40,125 nucleotides of DNA, taken from the IMG/VR virus record IMGVR_UViG_3300027734_000050, positions 64,001-104,125 of that record. One strand, written 5' to 3'. The notes below the pieces were generated by a model that saw only the letters and a list, made by a program, of their open reading frames with translations, was not told where the DNA came from and did not search any database. Source of the stretch: a virus. Its lineage: Duplodnaviria > Heunggongvirae > Uroviricota > Caudoviricetes. This document shows, piece after piece, positions 23,513 to 31,958 of the stretch. The translations under genes and the position numbers were made by a program. The first letter of the stretch is position 1; every line of letters starts with the position of its first letter.

Positions 23513-25017
23513 GCTGTTTTAATTATGCTCCAATCAACGGCCACTGGTACTGCTGCCGGTGGTGGTGTGGGTGTTCCATCAGTGAAATTAGTTACTATCG
23601 GAACACCCTTGTTATGATAAGGATACGGCTCATGCGTGGGTGCGCGAGTTACTATACTGACCAGTGCATTTTCTTCAACTTGCCACCCGGTGCTGTTGTT
23701 GAATGTGGTATCTGGCATTAAAGTAGTAGGATATAGTCGAGGAGGTCTTACTGGTGTTCCGCCACCACCGTTGAGATCTATTTTGCCAGCATTCAATTTC
23801 AATGCGCCGCCACCATTCCATGACCCTGATTTGCTTTGTAAAGTCAATGATCCATCACTGAGCACACCTATTTGTTTTTGACTGTAAACTGTTATTGCGC
23901 TTTCACTGGCTATTTGTAAATTTGTTACCGCACCAATGTTTGTGGCAGCATTTGATTTCATATTGATGTTACGCCCGGCAAACATATTGATATCTTTGTC
24001 AGCATGTAAGTTGATAGTTCCTTCAGTTCTTACATTCACTGAATTGGTTGAATATACATCTACAGTTCCTTCGGCACCCATTTCAATCCAAGTTTGTCCA
24101 TTAGCATGACCGATATAGATAAAGTTATCACTGTCATTCATCATGATTTGATGACCTTTGGATGTGCGTAATCTAAACAATGCGTTTTTGTTTTCTAGAT
24201 CGCCGTCATCCATAACCAAGGTATGCCCGCCGACTCGTCCAATCACTTTGACGTCGTTGGGACTTAAACTGCCCGAACTAAGTTGCTTTCTTATGGTATT
24301 AGGATTTAGTCCTTTTTGGTAGATCGGCAGTCCAGGAGTGGAGATACCATATACTGTGCTAGGACTTTCGCGTTGTGCATTAGAAATGATCGGTCCGCGC
24401 TCTGGATCGTTTGCAAGACCTTGTTGGAAAAATATAGAAGCCTGATAACTGTGTATTGGTTTGGGTTGATCAAAAAATCTAGTATTTTCGTCTAACTGTT
24501 TGTTTTCTGAGTTGATCTCTGTGACCGGTAGTTGTGTAGACTTGAGAAAATAATTGCCTTGTGAAACATTCTGAGACACAGATTGACTTTGTGGAGCAGC
24601 ACCAATGGCCGGTAACATGTGATTCAAGTTATCATTGATCACGCAACCCAAATAATATCCTTGGCTAGGGTCGCCTTCGACAAAGAAGCACAACACTTGA
24701 GTACCAATGTCCGGCGTGGTAAACCACATGCCATAACTTTGTTGATTGCCGGGATAATCGCCATAGCCTGCACTGGTTCCGGTTTTTTCTGTGGCACCAT
24801 AAAACGGTGGCAGATATCTAACCCAACGCAGTCCATTCTGCTGATTTTCTGGGCCGGATGCAAATTGTTCTATATAAACTTGCACACGCCCGACTCTGGT
24901 GGGATCCACAGTGTTTGTTATGGTTCCAATGAATGGACCCATCTCAACAGGAGTACCACCACGATCAAATTTGTAGGTACTGGAACGTCCAGAGAGTTGC
25001 GGATTATTTTGTGCCAT
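23509..25017 (-). CDS. gp5: Baseplate central spike, gp5/VgrG-like (OB fold + beta-helix, no lysozyme domain)
   Basis: DPTRVGRVQV...WVRYLPPFYG...PDIGTQVLCFFVEGDPSQGYYLG (gp5 OB fold); GHTLVMDDG...RTSKGHQIMMND...IEMGAEG beta-helix repeats; AAGGA SD. Confidence 0.88.
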   Translation of the reverse strand: MAQNNPQLSGRSSTYKFDRGGTPVEMGPFIGTITNTVDPTRVGRVQVYIEQFASGPENQQNGLRWVRYLPPFYGATEKTGTSAGYGDYPGNQQSYGMWFTTPDIGTQVLCFFVEGDPSQGYYLGCVINDNLNHMLPAIGAAPQSQSVSQNVSQGNYFLKSTQLPVTEINSENKQLDENTRFFDQPKPIHSYQASIFFQQGLANDPERGPIISNAQRESPSTVYGISTPGLPIYQKGLNPNTIRKQLSSGSLSPNDVKVIGRVGGHTLVMDDGDLENKNALFRLRTSKGHQIMMNDSDNFIYIGHANGQTWIEMGAEGTVDVYSTNSVNVRTEGTINLHADKDINMFAGRNINMKSNAATNIGAVTNLQIASESAITVYSQKQIGVLSDGSLTLQSKSGSWNGGGALKLNAGKIDLNGGGGTPVRPPRLYPTTLMPDTTFNNSTGWQVEENALVSIVTRAPTHEPYPYHNKGVPIVTNFTDGTPTPPPAAVPVAVDWSIIKTA

Positions 25018-25037
25018 TGACTATAGTTCCTTGTTGT

Positions 25038-26837
25038 TTATGCTTGGTCATATTGATCATCTTGTACTATGCCTTGCTCAGGTAATGGATCTGTCACAGG
25101 TGGTTCTTCGCTGGTATAGGAAGCATAGTCCACACCTCCTAGACCATTTTCTCCAGGTTTCCCAGACAGGGTAGGTGGTGCTTCGAATCCGCCAAACTCG
25201 TCGGTTTGTCCCACTGCTGCTACTATTGATGCCGGAGGTACCGGTGTTAGAGGTTTTGGTCCAGAGATAGAAGTGATAGAAGATTCTAGCCAATTACCTG
25301 CAGATTTTGCATAACCGTTTACTGTGTCCGTTAATTGTTGTTCATATGGACGAAGGAAATTTGTAGCAGCAGTTGATATAGCAGAGGTAGCAGCTTCTTT
25401 AAGTTTGGCGATGCCGGCCTGCAATGGAGTTGAAGAATTTACCAAACTGGAAATTAAATTGTTATCTGATACCCTTGATGCTCCGCCGGCCACGGCACCG
25501 GCTACAGCGCCGGCTACACTATTGACCAGGGTTGTTGCAACAGCAGGATCGGTATTTCTTCCTGCATCAGATGTACCAGCAGTGGTAGTGGTAGTGGTGG
25601 CAACAGTGGCAGTGACCGGAGTCGTTCTACTGCTGTCATCTTGTAACCATTTACCTTTTAGTTCCTGCGTGAATTTTCCACCTTTAAAAGTGCTACGACA
25701 ACTGATTGCTACATATGCAACTGCTTCTTGTGCGGTGCCCGCTGTCTGAACAAAATTGCTACGAGGATTATTTGCACCTGGATCCATGAGACCAGTTTCA
25801 AGATTATAATCTACTGGGCGATTCCACGCAAATTTAAAATATGGTATACTGGCGGTGATATTGATACTGCCATCAGGATTAAATGGTCCAGTAAAAAATT
25901 TGCCCGCGGTAAGTGGTACTATTGAAGGAAGCCACGCCGGATCTCCAATGATGTTTAAACTTATTGTGGCATAATCATTGGTATACAAAATATCAGCGGC
26001 ATTGGCACCAGGTTCAAAAGTTTTGCCAGTTCCTCCTTGCCTGGTTTGATTACTGGCCGGTTGATAGGCTTTTTTCCACAAATAGTCCGGATTGGTTTGA
26101 GATCGAATCAGCGCATTATTTCCAGAAGTGATAGCCTGGTTCCATAGATTATTAAAACTTTGTTCGTACTGTAACACCTGTGTGTTTTGCCCTGTGAACC
26201 AGTAGTTATAAACTTTGTGTACTCCTCTAAATACACCGCTAGTGAAATATTCACTTTGTATTGGCATTTGATAAGGAGTTACTGTGTAAATTATCCTATA
26301 TGCAAAATCATTTCTTGCTGGATCATATTTTATCGGAATTGCGTTACCCACTATGTTATACCAAGCAAATACTTGTCCTGGTTTTCCCTGTGGGTCCCAG
26401 GAATTTGTTTTGGTATTCCAAGTTACATTTTGTTGATCACCAATGTATCTACTGCTACGCATGACTTGATCAATGAATTGTACTATTTGTTGACCTGCTG
26501 TAGTACCACGTGTTCTAACTTGCAATGGCGCACTTTGTTTTTCAGGCAACTTTGAGTTGGCCGCATTTGATGGTGCAGCACCAGTAAATTCTTTTTCCTT
26601 AGGACCTGCTGGTATCATACTGGCATTTTCTAACAACGGATCAGCAAAATAAATTTCGTAAACATCAGGAATAAATCCTTGCTTTGCGGCTTGGTCAGCA
26701 TAATAAGCATTGATAGCAGCACACAGTCCTGTACCAGTTTGAGTAGTTGCTGGTGTAGGAGCTGCGGACGCATTGGCCGGTGCTCCTTGTCGTGCAAATC
26801 TGCTATCACTTCCGTCGGCTGCTGTTATAGTCGCCAT
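25038..26837 (-). CDS. Baseplate hub-like protein, C-terminal part (gp27/late-control-D-like)
   Basis: Likely start is the ATG at 26837, 1 nt after the upstream TAA (599 aa). The KVYNYWFTGQNTQVLQY and ISLNIIGDPAWL...Y.....C.STFKGGKFTQELKG motifs match hub beta-barrels; it lies immediately before gp5. Confidence 0.65.
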   Translation of the reverse strand: MATITAADGSDSRFARQGAPANASAAPTPATTQTGTGLCAAINAYYADQAAKQGFIPDVYEIYFADPLLENASMIPAGPKEKEFTGAAPSNAANSKLPEKQSAPLQVRTRGTTAGQQIVQFIDQVMRSSRYIGDQQNVTWNTKTNSWDPQGKPGQVFAWYNIVGNAIPIKYDPARNDFAYRIIYTVTPYQMPIQSEYFTSGVFRGVHKVYNYWFTGQNTQVLQYEQSFNNLWNQAITSGNNALIRSQTNPDYLWKKAYQPASNQTRQGGTGKTFEPGANAADILYTNDYATISLNIIGDPAWLPSIVPLTAGKFFTGPFNPDGSINITASIPYFKFAWNRPVDYNLETGLMDPGANNPRSNFVQTAGTAQEAVAYVAISCRSTFKGGKFTQELKGKWLQDDSSRTTPVTATVATTTTTTAGTSDAGRNTDPAVATTLVNSVAGAVAGAVAGGASRVSDNNLISSLVNSSTPLQAGIAKLKEAATSAISTAATNFLRPYEQQLTDTVNGYAKSAGNWLESSITSISGPKPLTPVPPASIVAAVGQTDEFGGFEAPPTLSGKPGENGLGGVDYASYTSEEPPVTDPLPEQGIVQDDQYDQA

Positions 26838-26838
26838 G

Positions 26839-28320
26839 TTATGCCTGATCCCATCCGTTGCTTGCAATGCTGTTCAATAATGCAGGATTACTAGTAGGCG
26901 ATGAAGTTTGTATAGCAACACCGTTTCTAGTTTGGTCACCGGCGGCATTACTGGCTTTTGGTTGTGTTATACTGCCAACTAATATTTCTTTTACTGTTGA
27001 TCCGTTAAAGGTAAAATTTTGTGGTATACTTCCTTTAATTGAACTGTTATTATAAACTTGTTGTATTGACGCACCTTCGATATTGTATTCAACCAATCTA
27101 TTAGCAACTTTGAAATCGATCTTGTTAATCGTAAAAGGTACAAATTTTTCCACCACGGCGGACCGATCTGTGACTCCTGATCTCTGTGCTATGGGCAAAA
27201 CAAGATTGCCGTCAGTGTCGTATCCATAAAATCTTATGACCATACAGTATTGCGCGGCTTTATAATTTGCAGGCGTGGTTGGACTAGTAACATTCGTGGC
27301 GTTGTACACATCAGTGACTGCACTGTAAAGATTTGATAGCAATGATATACCATTGGGTTCTGTAACTGTAAAAGTAAGTTTGCTAGTGTTTGATGCTGCT
27401 CTTGATCCTGGACCTGTATAGAAAGTATCATATACAAAGTTATCAAGATAGTAGTCTAGATAAAAATAAGGATTGCGTCCTACTCCCACAGTTCCACCAT
27501 CCTGTGTGGGTACTGCATTCTGCACAGGTGCTCCACCGGTTTGGGCCAAAAGATAGTAACCAGTTAAATTACGATTGGGCAATAAAATAAGACTAGTGTA
27601 TGTTTTAGGATCCAGTAGATACCAACTGAGACTGTAGGTATAACTGGCGTATTGATCTAATATATTATCTTGTGGTATGATAGCGGCATTAGCACCACCA
27701 TACAATTCACTCAATCGATTTTGTGTAGAATTGGTAATGGGTTGAGCAGCGTCGTCGGCGCCAGCACCTACTCCTATCTGTGTACCGCTGTTAGAAACCC
27801 TGGGTGCTCCGGCATTTGCTCTAGAAGTAAAAGGTAAAGCACCCGAGGCAGGTGGAGATGGTATGGCTTGACTGACGGTTATTGGTACTGTTTTAGCATT
27901 GGTCCCTGAAGTCACTGCTCCACTTTGTTCACTAGGGATAACATTGGCATTGGTTGCCGAGTCGGTGATCTTGACTACTATCCTGCCTTGTGGGGTTTGC
28001 ACAGTTTGTACTGGTGGTGATGGTGCTCCTGGGCTGGCTGAATCATCACGGGCTACTTGTGCCTGTGCTGCTAATGTACCTGCACTGTCAGTCTTGCGTT
28101 GGTCCTGAAGTTGTAACTGATTTAGGAGTCGGACCAGGTCAGACTGCGAGGCTTGATATCTTGCTAACTCGGCTCGTAGAGCAGCCAATCTTGGTGCTTT
28201 TTCAGCAGCAGTGTATAAACTTGAATTTTCTGTAGATGCAATTTGCCTTAGAGTAATAGCAATGAGTGCATTAATGTCTGCTAAGGCTGCCTCGACTCCT
28301 TGTACTGTGTCTACTGCCAT
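26839..28320 (-). CDS. Baseplate hub-like protein, N-terminal part
   Basis: N-terminal helical segment and low-complexity linker, then NILDQYASYTYSLSWY...DYYLDN...LTFTVTEPNGISLL..L...YCMVIRFYGYD...Y.IEG; position between gp53-like and gp5-like genes. Confidence 0.6.
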   Translation of the reverse strand: MAVDTVQGVEAALADINALIAITLRQIASTENSSLYTAAEKAPRLAALRAELARYQASQSDLVRLLNQLQLQDQRKTDSAGTLAAQAQVARDDSASPGAPSPPVQTVQTPQGRIVVKITDSATNANVIPSEQSGAVTSGTNAKTVPITVSQAIPSPPASGALPFTSRANAGAPRVSNSGTQIGVGAGADDAAQPITNSTQNRLSELYGGANAAIIPQDNILDQYASYTYSLSWYLLDPKTYTSLILLPNRNLTGYYLLAQTGGAPVQNAVPTQDGGTVGVGRNPYFYLDYYLDNFVYDTFYTGPGSRAASNTSKLTFTVTEPNGISLLSNLYSAVTDVYNATNVTSPTTPANYKAAQYCMVIRFYGYDTDGNLVLPIAQRSGVTDRSAVVEKFVPFTINKIDFKVANRLVEYNIEGASIQQVYNNSSIKGSIPQNFTFNGSTVKEILVGSITQPKASNAAGDQTRNGVAIQTSSPTSNPALLNSIASNGWDQA

Positions 28321-28322
28321 GA

Positions 28323-28622
28323 TCAGAATCCTAGCACGCTACGTAGAGTGGTTATTTTGGGCAAATAGATACGCACCCCTGCCGCAAAATCCAAAGGTGG
28401 TGCGGTGAGAGTATTGGGATTACGCTGATAGAATACCCACCACAGATTGCTGTTGTTGTACAAGTCCAATGCCAACAAATCTGGTCTGAATTGATAAACC
28501 TGATTTATTTCCATGAGTTGATCGTCGCTTTGTTTAGGAATTGGACGATTGGTCATCACATCCAGGAAAAACTGACTGTATCCTGTAGAAAAATATGCAC
28601 TTGTAGAATCATATGTGGACAT
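28323..28622 (-). CDS. Baseplate wedge protein, gp53/LysM(tail X)-like
   Basis: 99 aa; YQFRPDLLALDLYNNSNLWWVF..RNP.....P.DF..G..IYLP pattern. Confidence 0.8.
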   Translation of the reverse strand: MSTYDSTSAYFSTGYSQFFLDVMTNRPIPKQSDDQLMEINQVYQFRPDLLALDLYNNSNLWWVFYQRNPNTLTAPPLDFAAGVRIYLPKITTLRSVLGF

Positions 28623-30616
28623 TACCAGAATCCTCCTCTAATTAAATCACCATTAGCAAATCCTTTCAAACTGAATTGCTGGCTGACTTGAGTACGTGAT
28701 TGCATTGGTAACAGTCTCAATGAAAGATCGACACTGGTCGGAACATAAGTGGGATTATTTTGTCCTAATGTGGGTGGTGATGGACGAGTGACCACGGCGC
28801 CCGGGCTTATGCCTTGGCTAGAAAACAGATTAGATATGCGTTGTACTGCACCCGATATAGGATCAGTAGGAGCAGTTTGACGATCTCTACGGCTTAACAA
28901 ATTGGTTCCATTCACATTCACACTACGAGCACGTATATAATCTACACCATCGGGCATGGTGTATGCGAAACTACTTACCACGCAAGGATGTCGATTGAAT
29001 TGGAATTCGCCAAATCCGGTAAGGAATACCAAGGGTGGCGGTGCTCCGCGTTGAGCATCTTGTCCATAGAACATGCGGGTAACAGATCTAAAGAAATGTA
29101 TCACTGCCAATAGATATGCTGCTTCGTTGGTGTCTTGTGCTGTGAATTTGGCATCGATGCCGATTTCCCCTACATTGCTGTTTTGGTAGAAATAGTTCAT
29201 GTAGTTTGAATGGGTAAGGTCCGTGGGCGAATACTTGGCATTGTAGGAGGTTGTAATCTTAGGGGTATACGGAAATATAACACCACCGGTGTTTTTCAAT
29301 GGCGCCAATATGCCATTTGGTGTTGCATTGTATAGATAATCTGCACCCGGTGCCAGGCTAAGTCTCAAACGCCAATCACCGTTGCTGGCTTGTTTGGTTT
29401 GTGCGGCCAACACTTCTCCGCGTTGTGCTAACAGTTTTCCTGAATAGGCCGCGGCAGCTTCATTAGCAGCGGCTGCCTGTTGAGGATCTAATATTTGATT
29501 AGGAGCAAATGCTGCTGCCGCTGCTGCTGCCGCATTGGCACCCAAGCCAGTTGCTGTGTTAGACAATACTGCTGCGGCGCTGCCCACTGCGTTTGCTGCT
29601 GCATTGCTCAATGCTGCTGCGGCTGCTTGCCCTGCATCAGAGGCAGCCACGGCTGCTGCGCTACCCACTGCTGCTAGGCTAACTGTTGGAGTTGCTGATT
29701 GGCCAGCGGCTGCACTGTCAACTGCTGCCGCAGTTTCGGTTCCAGGACCGCCTCCACCTGCGAAAGTGGCTCCTGTTGCTCCATCACCGCCACCACCTCC
29801 GCCGCCGGCTGCGGCTGAGACCGGAGTAGCACCAAAGACAGACGCTGCATTATTGCTTGCTTTGTCAACTAAGTTGTTGGCTACCTTGGCAAGAGGTGCA
29901 GGCAATGCGCCGGCCACGTATGATTTTACGGCACCTGTTGCTGCACCAATTGCTTGACCTATCAGTTGATTTTTTACTTCACCAGCTTTGGATATGAGTT
30001 GCTTTTGAAGATCGGGTATTTGGGCTTTGAGTGCGGCGGTAGCACTATCTATTGCACCGGCCGCTGAGGTTTTGATTTGATCCGCAAACAATGCAGATCT
30101 TCCTGTGATCTGATCTACCAAGCCGGGTTGCGAAACTGGAAATCCAGTTTCAGCAAATCTCTCCAGCCGTGCAGTCTCAGCAGCACTTTCATAAGGATTA
30201 AATTCGGGTTCAAAATTAGATGGTCCTACATCCTCTATACGTAGACCGCCTGCTGTGGGGTCAATGTTACCATCAACTGAGGCCCCGGCATCAATATTAG
30301 ACAGCTCGAAGCGGGTATCGTAGTCAGGCGCAAACCCATCAACACTACCACCATCAAACAAGGCGGATTGAGTATCTGAACCATAAAATGGTTGATCATA
30401 ATCAACATTATACCACCCTTCTGGACCAAGATCGCCGCCAGCACCGGGTATAGCAGAACCTAAAAACCCATCAGGGCCTTGGGCGAAATCAAAAGCATTG
30501 GCGTCTGTGATACCGGCTTCGGCGGCAGCCGAAAACGAATCAAGCCCTGTGAGTTCGGCTGCATTAAATGCGGTTGCGGATTCACCTATGTCAAATGCGT
30601 TAAAATCAAATGGCAT
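28622..30616 (-). CDS. Tail-tube initiator (gp48/gp54-like) with ~410-aa low-complexity N-terminal extension
   Basis: C-terminal GVIFPYTPKI...THSNY..YFYQNS....I.I.A.FT.Q...EA.YLLA.IHFFRSVTRMFYG...GAPPP.V.L.GFG..QF...PCVV.SF...PD.VDYI; strong GGAGGT SD at the long start. Confidence 0.7.
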   Translation of the reverse strand: MPFDFNAFDIGESATAFNAAELTGLDSFSAAAEAGITDANAFDFAQGPDGFLGSAIPGAGGDLGPEGWYNVDYDQPFYGSDTQSALFDGGSVDGFAPDYDTRFELSNIDAGASVDGNIDPTAGGLRIEDVGPSNFEPEFNPYESAAETARLERFAETGFPVSQPGLVDQITGRSALFADQIKTSAAGAIDSATAALKAQIPDLQKQLISKAGEVKNQLIGQAIGAATGAVKSYVAGALPAPLAKVANNLVDKASNNAASVFGATPVSAAAGGGGGGGDGATGATFAGGGGPGTETAAAVDSAAAGQSATPTVSLAAVGSAAAVAASDAGQAAAAALSNAAANAVGSAAAVLSNTATGLGANAAAAAAAAFAPNQILDPQQAAAANEAAAAYSGKLLAQRGEVLAAQTKQASNGDWRLRLSLAPGADYLYNATPNGILAPLKNTGGVIFPYTPKITTSYNAKYSPTDLTHSNYMNYFYQNSNVGEIGIDAKFTAQDTNEAAYLLAVIHFFRSVTRMFYGQDAQRGAPPPLVFLTGFGEFQFNRHPCVVSSFAYTMPDGVDYIRARSVNVNGTNLLSRRDRQTAPTDPISGAVQRISNLFSSQGISPGAVVTRPSPPTLGQNNPTYVPTSVDLSLRLLPMQSRTQVSQQFSLKGFANGDLIRGGFW

Positions 30617-30950
30617 GTGCTACCTCCGCTTGGCCGATTGATTCCGGAAAGTCAGTCCCGGTGCCACGTAGATTGTGTAAACAACACAGCACTACATCGT
30701 CTGTGAGCGCCATGAATTTGTGTCGGCTGCCTGCAGGGATAGTGATTATTGCAGGAGCATGAAATTCTGTGGGTTCGGTATCGTCTTGCCAAACACGCAC
30801 TGATCCATTGGATACTAAAGTGATGTGGTCGTGAACGTGAACATGTTGACTGATCACTGTGCGGGCTTTTTTTACCGAGTAGGCGCGAACCCAGATGTCA
30901 TCCACCTCGGCAAACTCAATATAATCTAATTTTAATTTTGTAGAGTCCAT
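30606..30950 (-). CDS. Cupin-fold protein
   Basis: HVHVHDHITLVSNGSVRVW (cupin motif 1) and IITIPAGSRHKFMAL (motif 2). Confidence 0.8.
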   Translation of the reverse strand: MDSTKLKLDYIEFAEVDDIWVRAYSVKKARTVISQHVHVHDHITLVSNGSVRVWQDDTEPTEFHAPAIITIPAGSRHKFMALTDDVVLCCLHNLRGTGTDFPESIGQAEVAHAI

Positions 30951-30955
30951 GTGTT

Positions 30956-30963
30956 TATTTACC
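30956..30963 (-). promoter_or_regulatory. Putative late promoter GGTAAATA heading the baseplate operon
   Basis: 5 nt upstream of the cupin ATG in the divergent intergenic region. Confidence 0.6.
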
Positions 30964-30992
30964 CAAAAAATAATCTGCCCAGTTTATAACCA

Positions 30993-31020
30993 TTGACAAA
31001 CCCGCAATCTGTGTTATAAT
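30993..31020 (+). promoter_or_regulatory. Sigma70-type promoter for gp55 (TTGACA-16-TATAAT with extended -10 TG)
   Basis: Perfect -35 at 30993-30998, TGn at 31012-31014, perfect -10 at 31015-31020. An overlapping AATAAATA lies at 31018-31025. Confidence 0.85.
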
Positions 31021-31046
31021 AAATACTACTTTAAGGATACTGCCTG

Positions 31047-31946
31047 ATGGCCACCATCGCAAGAGCAACACCAAAAACCAATTATCTCAACAACAGAGAT
31101 ATTCTCAAAGAAATACACCTAAGCAAGAAAAACTATTGTTCCTACATCAATCCTGATCTAGACCACCAATACGACATCATCTTGCCCAGCGTAAGCAAAA
31201 TCAACCAAAAAACCACAGCAGAGGCACGCCGAAATCGTGCAGATCGCATCAAGCGTGAAACTGGTGAGATTGTAGATCCTAAAAAAATCCCCAACACAGA
31301 CATTGTGTTTCGAATCATGACCTGGGAACACATACCCATGGCACCCAAAAAGATCACCAAAGCCGCTGCCAAAAAGCGCAAATTAGAAGATCTGCTTGAA
31401 CTGGATGATACAGTAGAGGATGATCCATTGGCAGGATTGATTGACGAACCCATCCTAGATCCCACACACATGCGGGTGAACTTTCCTCCGTTCTTCCACT
31501 ATCGTGTGGATGAAAACAAAGAACCCGTCCTGGTTGGCAAGAGCCATTGGCGTGGTGATCTTGAAACCGGAGAGTTTAGCAAAGATCACGGCGAGATGAC
31601 CCGCACCTTGGCAAAAATGTTTATGAAACTGTGTGAACGCTATGCCACAAGATCCAACTGGCGTGGATACACCTATAATGAAGAGATGCGTGGGCAGGCA
31701 TTACTACAGTTAAGCCAGATTGGGTTGCAGTTTGATGAATCCAAATCACAGAATCCGTTTGCGTATTACACCGCTGCTATCACCAACTCATTCACTCGTA
31801 TCTTAAACATCGAGAAGAAGATGCAGAACATCCGAGATGACATCCTGGAGATGAACGGACTCAATCCTAGTTGGACTAGACAGAATTCCGGCAAACATTC
31901 AATGGAAGCCATGTCCGGACCGGTTGTAAGCACATTGGATGAGTAG
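31047..31946 (+). CDS. gp55: Late transcription sigma factor, T4 gp55-like
   Basis: NYLNNRDIL N-terminus and LCERYATRSNWRGYTYNEEM...LQFDESKSQNPFAYYTAAITNSFTRILNIEKK match T4 gp55 motifs; the 55-47-46 order is conserved. Confidence 0.9.
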   Translation: MATIARATPKTNYLNNRDILKEIHLSKKNYCSYINPDLDHQYDIILPSVSKINQKTTAEARRNRADRIKRETGEIVDPKKIPNTDIVFRIMTWEHIPMAPKKITKAAAKKRKLEDLLELDDTVEDDPLAGLIDEPILDPTHMRVNFPPFFHYRVDENKEPVLVGKSHWRGDLETGEFSKDHGEMTRTLAKMFMKLCERYATRSNWRGYTYNEEMRGQALLQLSQIGLQFDESKSQNPFAYYTAAITNSFTRILNIEKKMQNIRDDILEMNGLNPSWTRQNSGKHSMEAMSGPVVSTLDE

Positions 31947-31952
31947 TATAAT
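31924..31952 (+). promoter_or_regulatory. Sigma70-type promoter for gp47 embedded in the gp55 3' end
   Basis: TTGTAA(31924-29)-17 bp-TATAAT(31947-52); the gp47 ATG is at 31959. Confidence 0.7.
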
Positions 31953-31958
31953 CAAAGG

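Noticed and set aside
26838-26867. Programmed frameshift or readthrough joining the two hub-like ORFs; ORF-track start at 26867
   Set aside because: No slippery heptamer is visible at the junction. A clean TAA-C-ATG arrangement explains re-initiation at 26837.
306-30706. Numerous 60-140 aa plus-strand and nested ORFs within the structural operon
   Set aside because: They are fully overlapped by long, motif-supported minus-strand genes and their compositions look non-coding.
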